NCBI GenBank assembly: GCA_947164155.1
Contig: CAMUVS010000003.1
Location: 22,570-86,569, forward strand
Source: an uncultured Bacillales bacterium
GTDB taxonomy: Bacteria > Bacillota_I > Bacilli_A > RFN20 > CAG-826
Length of the DNA: 64,000 bases
Reading direction: 5' to 3'
A program made the position numbers and the translations under genes. Shown in pieces: positions 57,534 through 64,000 of this stretch (positions within the stretch are counted from its first letter, which is position 1; every line of letters begins with the position of its first letter). The notes under the pieces are model-generated. The model worked only from the letters and a program-made list of their open reading frames with translations. It searched no databases and was not told the origin of the DNA.

Positions 57534-60091
57534 TAGTACAACCTAATATTGCGTTCGTCTTCGTAAATTTGTGTTTTCTCAACAGCAGGTGCGAGATGGA
57601 TTACGCTTCCTAAAGCAATATCCCTTTCTTGTTTGATGTAGGCGGTTACTTTCTCTCCATAGAGATTACCAACACACTTATAAAGTTTGACATCACCATA
57701 ATTTACAAGGGATACGACTTTGAATTCCAAAGCACCTTCTTGTTCGACAAATCCATCATGTGGAACTTCGATACGGAAGACTTTGGTAAAGACTCTTTCG
57801 CCCATACCTTGAATAATCTTATTGGTAATATCATCAGATAATAATTGATAGAAATAATCATATTTAAAGAAGAATAATAATTCAGCACGTCTAAGAGCGC
57901 TACTTTCTTCTTTATCAAATTCTTTAGTTTTCTTTTCGTATTCTTTAGTAACTGTTTCAAGTGGATAACATTCTTGTTTAAAGAGCTTTTCATCTTCTTT
58001 CATTTTGTCCTTACTTAAAGCAACAAATTGGGAATAATGAGCTTTTAATCCATTTAATTCAGTTTCTTTATCAAAATCTAAAGCGTTCATTCTTCTTTCA
58101 ACTTCACTTTGTTTCATTTGTGGGAAATTTTCACGGAATACGCTATAAGATAGACGACGTGAACGACGGGATTCTTTATCCTTGTTCTTCATCATAAATT
58201 CTTTATAATCAGCAGCTTCATCGGCTTTAATTTGACGATATTGTTCGTTAATCTTAGCCATTTCTTCTTTTTTGATTTGTTTATGTTTTGCTTTTGCTTC
58301 TTTGGAGTCGACTCTATATTGAGCTCTTGCTTCCTTAAGTTTAGTTTTAAGTTCAGCTTTCTTAGACTCCATTTCCGCTTCTTTTTGAGCCACCGTAGGA
58401 TTGACTTCGTTTTGACGAGCTTCAGCATCTTTAATAGCGGCTTCTTTTTCTGCTTCAAAGGCTTGACGTTTTTCAGCGTATTCTTGTTGCACTTTAGAAA
58501 CTTTTTCTTGTTTTAATGCTTCAAAACGAGCATCTTTAGTAACTTCGGAAACAGTTTTAAAGTTTACAAATGTCGCAAAGACTCTGTCTCTATCTGCTAA
58601 AGGTTCAGCTACTACTTGATCATTTTCATCTCTAAATGTGGCACGTGAATAGTCAACAGTGAATTTGACTGTGCTACCTTTTTTAACATTTTCATCAACT
58701 TTTAAGAATAATTTCTTATCCCCAACTTTAACTAAAGCGATAGAACATTCTTTATGTTTTTCTACTAATTCAACTTTACCTTCTACACTACCATTTTCAC
58801 TAATTTCAGTAGCATCTAAAGGTAAAGCAATTGTGCCATTTACTAAATGATCCACTGGAATAGATTGAGGTTTAGTAGCGCTACCAAATAAAGTCATCTT
58901 TTCATTTTCAATAGTGACTGGTAAAACGTTTCTTTCTGGGATTTGAGGAATAATAGTAATTTCAGTTTCCGCATCAAATAAATGGATTCTTTCCATATCA
59001 ATACGGGCTTTAATTACATCTCCTGCAACATGACCCATCTTGCTAGGTGCTTTAATAATGACAGCAGTCTTGCTTTCTTCTCCTAAAGCTTCAACTTCTT
59101 TTAAGTCGCCATAAATAAGAGTTTCATTACCAAGTTCTTCAAAGTGAGAAATAGTGACATCAACGATATTATCGCCTTTTGCGACTTCAGCTTCATCCGC
59201 GGAAATTGCTTCGCATCTAAAGCCTAAAATAATATCTTTTTCACCAGTTAAATATTTTCTTTCAGCCTTTAAGACTTGGTCGTGAGTGAGTTTTAAGGCA
59301 GGTTGTTCGCAATCTTGCCATAATACATCAACATCTTTGCCGTTATCTTTTAATCTAACGTTAAAGAAGTTCATTTGTGGAGTTCCAATAAATCCGGCCA
59401 CGAACTTATTAACTGGATGGTCATATAAATTTTGTGGAGTGTCAATTTGTTGGACACGTCCTAATTTCATAACCACAACTCTAGTACCTAAAGTCATAGC
59501 TTCGACTTGGTCATGAGTAACGTAAATAAATGTAGTTTTTAATTGTTGATGGAGTTTAGAGATCATGCTTCTCATTTGACCTCTTAACTTCGCATCAAGG
59601 TTAGATAAAGGTTCATCAAGTAACATGACTTTAGGATTTCTTAAAATAGCACGTCCTAAAGAGACACGTTGTCTTTGACCACCAGACATCGCTTTTGGTT
59701 TACGGTCTAAATAATCTTTTAAGCCTAATACTTCAGCGGCCCACATCACCTTTTCATGAATTTCGGTTCTTGGAACTTTTCTTAAAGTTAAACCAAAGGC
59801 CATATTTTCATAAACAGTCATATGTGGATAAAGAGCATAGTTTTGGAAGACCATGGCGATATCTCTATCTTTTGGTTGCATATCGTTAACAAGAGTGTCA
59901 CCGATATAAAGTTCACCAGTGGAGATTTCTTCTAAGCCTGCGATCATTCTTAAAGTAGTAGATTTACCACAACCAGAAGGACCGACGAAGACAATAAATT
60001 CTCCATCTTCAATATTCATATTAAAGTCACTAACAGCTTTATGCCCGTTAGGATAGACTTTGTAAATGTGTTCTAATTTTAAAGAAGCCAT
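57533..60091 (-). CDS. MalK/MsmK-type sugar ABC-transporter ATPase with a ~470-aa C-terminal extension (852 aa)
   Basis: Walker A GPSGCGKST, signature LSGGQRQR and Walker B MLLDEPLSNLD, followed by a MalK-like regulatory domain. Then comes an extra beta region, a Lys/Glu-rich predicted coiled coil and a terminal beta domain. Confidence 0.85.
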   Translation of the reverse strand: MASLKLEHIYKVYPNGHKAVSDFNMNIEDGEFIVFVGPSGCGKSTTLRMIAGLEEISTGELYIGDTLVNDMQPKDRDIAMVFQNYALYPHMTVYENMAFGLTLRKVPRTEIHEKVMWAAEVLGLKDYLDRKPKAMSGGQRQRVSLGRAILRNPKVMLLDEPLSNLDAKLRGQMRSMISKLHQQLKTTFIYVTHDQVEAMTLGTRVVVMKLGRVQQIDTPQNLYDHPVNKFVAGFIGTPQMNFFNVRLKDNGKDVDVLWQDCEQPALKLTHDQVLKAERKYLTGEKDIILGFRCEAISADEAEVAKGDNIVDVTISHFEELGNETLIYGDLKEVEALGEESKTAVIIKAPSKMGHVAGDVIKARIDMERIHLFDAETEITIIPQIPERNVLPVTIENEKMTLFGSATKPQSIPVDHLVNGTIALPLDATEISENGSVEGKVELVEKHKECSIALVKVGDKKLFLKVDENVKKGSTVKFTVDYSRATFRDENDQVVAEPLADRDRVFATFVNFKTVSEVTKDARFEALKQEKVSKVQQEYAEKRQAFEAEKEAAIKDAEARQNEVNPTVAQKEAEMESKKAELKTKLKEARAQYRVDSKEAKAKHKQIKKEEMAKINEQYRQIKADEAADYKEFMMKNKDKESRRSRRLSYSVFRENFPQMKQSEVERRMNALDFDKETELNGLKAHYSQFVALSKDKMKEDEKLFKQECYPLETVTKEYEKKTKEFDKEESSALRRAELLFFFKYDYFYQLLSDDITNKIIQGMGERVFTKVFRIEVPHDGFVEQEGALEFKVVSLVNYGDVKLYKCVGNLYGEKVTAYIKQERDIALGSVIHLAPAVEKTQIYEDERNIRLY

Positions 60092-60106
60092 ATAATCTTC
60101 CTCCTA

Positions 60107-60979
60107 TTAACCTTTAACCGCACCACCAGCGATACCTTCAACATAGTAACGTTGTAACCAGAAGAATAACGCGGTGATCGGAATGGAGACAAGTACTGCA
60201 CCAGCGCAGAACGCTCCATATAAATCATTAGTAGCCATTGTGGTTAAACCTTGTAAACCAACAGCGATGGTATAACCTTGTGGTTGAATACCGGCAGACT
60301 GAATGATGTATTTACCAAACATAAAGTCGCCCCAAGGTCCAGTGAATGACACTAAGATGGTATAAATAATAATTGGTTTTGAAAGTGGAATAATAATTCT
60401 CCAGAAAACTGTGTTTTTAGTTCCACCATCAATCATAACCGCCTCATCTAATGATTTAGGAATCGTATCAAAGAATCCTTTAGCGACGTAATAGCTCATC
60501 GCACTAGATGCGGTGTAAACCAAGATTAAGGAATAAATTGATGTATTTAATCCTAATAATTCAAGAATATAGTAGATAACTAACATTCCAAGGAATCCAG
60601 GGAACATGCCTAGAATAAGGATTAATTTCATCAGTCCTTGTCTGCCTTTAAATCTTAATCTAGATAATGCGTATGAGGTCATTAAGACTAAGATGGTTTG
60701 TAATAAAGCAGTAAAGAAAGCAATAATCAAAGTGTTAAACCACCAGTTCATAAATGGAACTCGTGAATCAGTGAATAATGCTTTGTAATTATCAAAGGTC
60801 CAAACATTAGGAATGATACTCTTTGAGTTATAAGCAGTATTTTGAATATCTGCAAATGATTGAAGAATTAAATAGAAGAATGGGAATAACCAAATCAAAG
60901 AGATAACAGTTAAAATGACATAAGTTGTTATTTTTGAGCTTTTTTCCGCAAATCTTTTTGAAGCATGAATCTTTGCCAT
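60107..60979 (-). CDS. Sugar ABC transporter permease, MalG-like
   Basis: Six TM segments and an EAA-type loop (LDEAVMIDGGTKNTVFWRIIIP). Confidence 0.85.
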   Translation of the reverse strand: MAKIHASKRFAEKSSKITTYVILTVISLIWLFPFFYLILQSFADIQNTAYNSKSIIPNVWTFDNYKALFTDSRVPFMNWWFNTLIIAFFTALLQTILVLMTSYALSRLRFKGRQGLMKLILILGMFPGFLGMLVIYYILELLGLNTSIYSLILVYTASSAMSYYVAKGFFDTIPKSLDEAVMIDGGTKNTVFWRIIIPLSKPIIIYTILVSFTGPWGDFMFGKYIIQSAGIQPQGYTIAVGLQGLTTMATNDLYGAFCAGAVLVSIPITALFFWLQRYYVEGIAGGAVKG

Positions 60980-62496
60980 TATTGGAAATCCTCCTCATTC
61001 TTAACAGAGTTACTGCGTCCATAGAAGATAAGTGAGAAGACAGCAATAATTGCGAAGACTAACACACCAAGAGCACAAGCTACAGCGTAAGCCTTATCTT
61101 GTCCTTCCATAGACATTTTATAAATCCAAGTAATTAATAAGTCGGTTTCACCAACATCGCCATATCCAAGTGAGGCCATACCCATTGATGGAGCACCTCT
61201 AGATAAGAGATAGACAATATTGAAGTTATTGATATTACCAATAAACTGCGATAACAAATATGGTCCAGTAATAAAGAGCATATATGGTAAGGTAATAGCG
61301 GTGTACATCTTAAATGATGAAGCGCCATCAATACGAGCGGATTCATATAAATCTTCTGGAATGTTCATTAAAATACCAGAACAAATAAGCATCGTATAAG
61401 GAACACCAACCCAAGTATTAACAATAATGATCAATACACGAGATAAAATCTTATTATCAAATGCGCTTTCAGCACCACTAATCCAACCCCAGTTACGGAA
61501 TAAATTAGTAAGAACACCACTACCAGCAAGCATTTGGTTAATTAAAAGCAACGAAACGAATTGAGGAACAGCGATAGTTAAAATTAAGACTGTTCTCCAT
61601 AATTTCTTTAATTTGATACCTTTTTTATTAATAAGTAAGGCAACAATCATTCCTAAGAAATAGTTAGTGAAAGTTGCAAGTAATGCCCATAAGAGGGTCC
61701 ACGCTAAAACTTTTAAGAAGACACCAACTAATCCCGAGGAATTCGAACTTGAGAAAAATCCTGCATAGTTATCAAAACCAACCCAGTCAAAGAGATAGAA
61801 CTGTGTACCACTATAGTTGGTAAATCCAGTAACAATCATAAAGATGACTGGAATAACAGTAAATCCAACAAGTCCAACAATTGGGATTGCTAATAATAAA
61901 GTGTGATATTTTGAATCAAGGATATCATGAAAGAATTGTGAATCTTTTGCATAACGTCCTACATGATTATTATCTTGAAGTGATTTGGCGTCTCTAATAG
62001 AGAAATACCATAACGCAACAAAGATAATCATCAAGATAATTGTGGCAATAGAGTAAAGTAAAATTGAGAATGATCTATCACCACCTTGAATAACAAGTGG
62101 CATACCAGTAGAAGGATCATCAATATATGTACTACTTTTTGCCGCAAATGTGCCTAAGTTTCCTAATTTTGCTAAATATGGGCCACCAGCAGCGATCATA
62201 AACCAGATGAAGACGACCTCAAACAAAAGATAGAGAACTCCGCGAATTATTTGATGATGGGTAATTTGATAAAAACCCATAAACAAGAAATTCGCTCTAA
62301 CGCCCCAAGTACCCTTCTTCCAGGCTTGAATAATGGTATCAAAAGGCGAAAGAATTTTATGCCATAGCTTTAATAGCTTATTTGGAATACGTTTAAAGAA
62401 GTTGACAAAACCAATGCCAATGCCTCTAAAGAAGTTTCCAAAGTTGACAAGGAATCTCTCAAATTTTGTTAACGATAAATATTGAATCGTTGTCAT
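60979..62496 (-). CDS. Sugar ABC transporter permease, MalF-like (505 aa, long periplasmic-type loop)
   Basis: Eight TM segments and an EAA loop (LYESARIDGASSFKMYTAITLP). Confidence 0.85.
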   Translation of the reverse strand: MTTIQYLSLTKFERFLVNFGNFFRGIGIGFVNFFKRIPNKLLKLWHKILSPFDTIIQAWKKGTWGVRANFLFMGFYQITHHQIIRGVLYLLFEVVFIWFMIAAGGPYLAKLGNLGTFAAKSSTYIDDPSTGMPLVIQGGDRSFSILLYSIATIILMIIFVALWYFSIRDAKSLQDNNHVGRYAKDSQFFHDILDSKYHTLLLAIPIVGLVGFTVIPVIFMIVTGFTNYSGTQFYLFDWVGFDNYAGFFSSSNSSGLVGVFLKVLAWTLLWALLATFTNYFLGMIVALLINKKGIKLKKLWRTVLILTIAVPQFVSLLLINQMLAGSGVLTNLFRNWGWISGAESAFDNKILSRVLIIIVNTWVGVPYTMLICSGILMNIPEDLYESARIDGASSFKMYTAITLPYMLFITGPYLLSQFIGNINNFNIVYLLSRGAPSMGMASLGYGDVGETDLLITWIYKMSMEGQDKAYAVACALGVLVFAIIAVFSLIFYGRSNSVKNEEDFQ

Positions 62497-62516
62497 AAAT
62501 AAATCCTAATAATAAA

Positions 62517-64000
62517 TTAACTGCCTTTACTTAAGCTCTTATCTAAAGCCTTTAATACGGCAACATAGGCGCTATCATCAGCACCGGCTGGAATAGCCTT
62601 AATGCTGGTATAAGCAACCATGGCTTCACTCCAAAGAGAAGAGGAAACAGCTTTCATTGGAACGACGCCATTATTTTTGGATTGTTCAGTTAATGCTTTA
62701 ATATGTGGTTCGTTTTGTGCGGCCACGATAAATGCATCATGCATCTTTTCTTGTAATAATGTAGGTCTTACATTGTATTGTGAAAATCTCTTGAACTGAG
62801 CATATTCAGAACATAAGAATTTCGCAACATTACATGCTTTGGTCATGTCATCCTTACTTAATTGTAAGTTGACACCATAGAATTTATAACCTAAGAAGCT
62901 ACCTAATCTAGCAGTCTTATTTTCATCAATATATGGGAGAGGGGCAACAGCATAATCGTCACCTAATGATTTCTTAAAGTTTTCGACTTTAGAACAGTCA
63001 GTGATGGTAACGAATACATAATCTGAAAGTTTTGGAGCAGAATTAGCATTTCTAATTGCTGGATGATTAATAACATTTCTTAAATCTTTAGCAGCTTTTA
63101 AACCAGCTTCAGAGTTGAAGTTACTAGTAGCAGTATAAGAGTTGCCATCTGGTTCAACAACATAAAGAGGTTCGCCGTTATTATAGGACATAAGAGCAGG
63201 AGCCATATAGAATCCAGCATTTAGGCTATAATCAACTTCTAATCCTTGGCTTTGGGCGTAATCTAAGATACCAGGAAGAGTGTCTAAAACACCTTCAGGA
63301 GCACCTTGTAAGGCACTCTTAGAATAGAACATAACTAAACCATTATCAGCGGCAAATGGATAACCAACAACTTTATTTAATTGGGCTGCTTTTCTTACAT
63401 CATTACCCATGTTGTCCATAATCCATTCAATATCACTATTTGGAACATTAGCTAAGGCACCAAATTGATAAAGTGTCATAGTTTGGTCACTAGCGTATGG
63501 GAAGACGGCTGGCATACCTGAAGCATCTTGATATCCAGAAGTACCATTGTCTTCTTCAAAGTCCATAATTGTCCAAGAAATGTTACTACCGGTAAATGTA
63601 TTAAAGTCCGCTAACAAGCCTTCCATAAATGTTCTTTGGTTTTTAGGGGATCCAATTTTTAAGGAACCAGAATACCCAAGATCAGTATCGACAGCAATAT
63701 CATAATCAGTTACAGGTCCTGTGCCATCAGAGACAGTCACTTGGCAAACTTTTGTAATATTGTTTGAACCAACAACACTTACAGTGGTTGATCCTACACT
63801 TAATCCAGTAACAGTAACAGCCTTATCCCCAGCAGAAGTTAAATTAATAATATTTGTGTCTCCCGCGCTAAAGGTCACTGTGGTGTCACTTGGATTAACG
63901 GATGTCACCGATAAAATGAATGAATCATTAACTTTGATAGTTTGGCTAGAAGTACTTAAATTGATTTTTGGAGTATCAGTAGATCCAGAACCATCATCAC
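62517..64000 (-). CDS. Extracellular sugar-binding protein (ABC family 1-like) fused to an N-terminal Big_2 domain; N-terminus lies outside the window
   Basis: The reading frame stays open from 63908 to the window edge (hand translation ...DDGSGSTDTPKINLSTSSQTIKVNDSFILSVTSVNPSD...), so the track start is an artefact. The Big_2-like segment ends ...GSTTVSVVGSNNITKVCQVTVS. The remainder resembles a MalE-like binding protein by position and size. Confidence 0.65.
   Translation of the reverse strand, partial: DDGSGSTDTPKINLSTSSQTIKVNDSFILSVTSVNPSDTTVTFSAGDTNIINLTSAGDKAVTVTGLSVGSTTVSVVGSNNITKVCQVTVSDGTGPVTDYDIAVDTDLGYSGSLKIGSPKNQRTFMEGLLADFNTFTGSNISWTIMDFEEDNGTSGYQDASGMPAVFPYASDQTMTLYQFGALANVPNSDIEWIMDNMGNDVRKAAQLNKVVGYPFAADNGLVMFYSKSALQGAPEGVLDTLPGILDYAQSQGLEVDYSLNAGFYMAPALMSYNNGEPLYVVEPDGNSYTATSNFNSEAGLKAAKDLRNVINHPAIRNANSAPKLSDYVFVTITDCSKVENFKKSLGDDYAVAPLPYIDENKTARLGSFLGYKFYGVNLQLSKDDMTKACNVAKFLCSEYAQFKRFSQYNVRPTLLQEKMHDAFIVAAQNEPHIKALTEQSKNNGVVPMKAVSSSLWSEAMVAYTSIKAIPAGADDSAYVAVLKALDKSLSKGS

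Noticed and set aside
58192-58516. Lys-rich ORFs on both strands inside the malK-like extension
   Set aside because: They arise from the A/G-rich low-complexity coding sequence of the K/E coiled coil. The long frame is continuous with the ABC domain and ends in a MalK-like C-terminal strand.
1-64000. Mycoplasma-type genetic code (TGA = Trp)
   Set aside because: Very long conserved proteins (RpoB, RpoC, EF-G, pullulanase) are intact under the standard code. TGA serves as the stop in the ATGA-coupled junctions mntA/hepT (7545-7548) and hipB/hipA (24976-24979). The standard code (table 11) fits.
1-64000. CRISPR arrays, rRNA/tRNA genes, IS elements, integrases, prophage genes
   Set aside because: I looked for regularly spaced repeats, GC-rich structured RNA-sized gaps, and transposase- or recombinase-like ORFs. 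None was found. The only repeats are those reported above.

Overview
AT-rich chromosomal segment from a Bacillota/Mollicutes-like organism. It looks Acholeplasma-like by inference: standard genetic code with TGA used as stop, strong Shine-Dalgarno sites, many lipobox lipoproteins, and C-terminal transmembrane anchors instead of LPXTG. All genes except ktrB/ktrA are on the minus strand.

In transcription order (high to low coordinates):
1. About 64000->44385: a tightly packed 11-gene starch/maltodextrin operon of about 19.6 kb. It encodes an Ig-domain-fused solute-binding protein, MalF- and MalG-like permeases, an 852-aa extended MalK-like ATPase, two unknown lipoproteins, a GH13 amylase lipoprotein, a Gly-linker lipoprotein, a type I pullulanase lipoprotein and two Big_2-rich lipoproteins.
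2. 44143->38883: three separately transcribed genes for paralogous membrane-anchored proteins with CBM25/26-like modules. One sits behind a promoter whose 17-nt spacer contains a G10 tract.
3. A small orphan ORF, then malQ and glgB-glgP.
4. carD, a Wzy-like membrane protein, smpB, folC, an ECF S-component and a small anchored protein.
5. rpmG-secE-nusG, separated from rplK-rplA-rplJ-rplL-methyltransferase-rpoB-rpoC by hipBA plus the oppositely oriented ktrBA.
6. An accessory islet: Phd-like mini-gene, zinc-ribbon membrane protein, 5'-nucleotidase lipoprotein and an HTH-MNT/HepT toxin-antitoxin (TA) pair.
7. rpsL-rpsG-fusA-tuf.
8. relB-parE, then a surface endonuclease I and a phosphatase-like lipoprotein.

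No rRNA, tRNA, CRISPR, transposase or integrase was seen.

The most interesting content is the apparently uncharacterised membrane-tethered multi-protein alpha-glucan capture and degradation apparatus, together with its candidate regulatory devices: the G10 promoter spacer, a 12-bp inverted repeat bracketing an intergenic segment, and three TGCA-N5-TGCA palindromes upstream of glgB.

Small-motif coordinates were derived by hand and may be off by 1-2 nt. All family assignments are motif-level recognition, not database searches.
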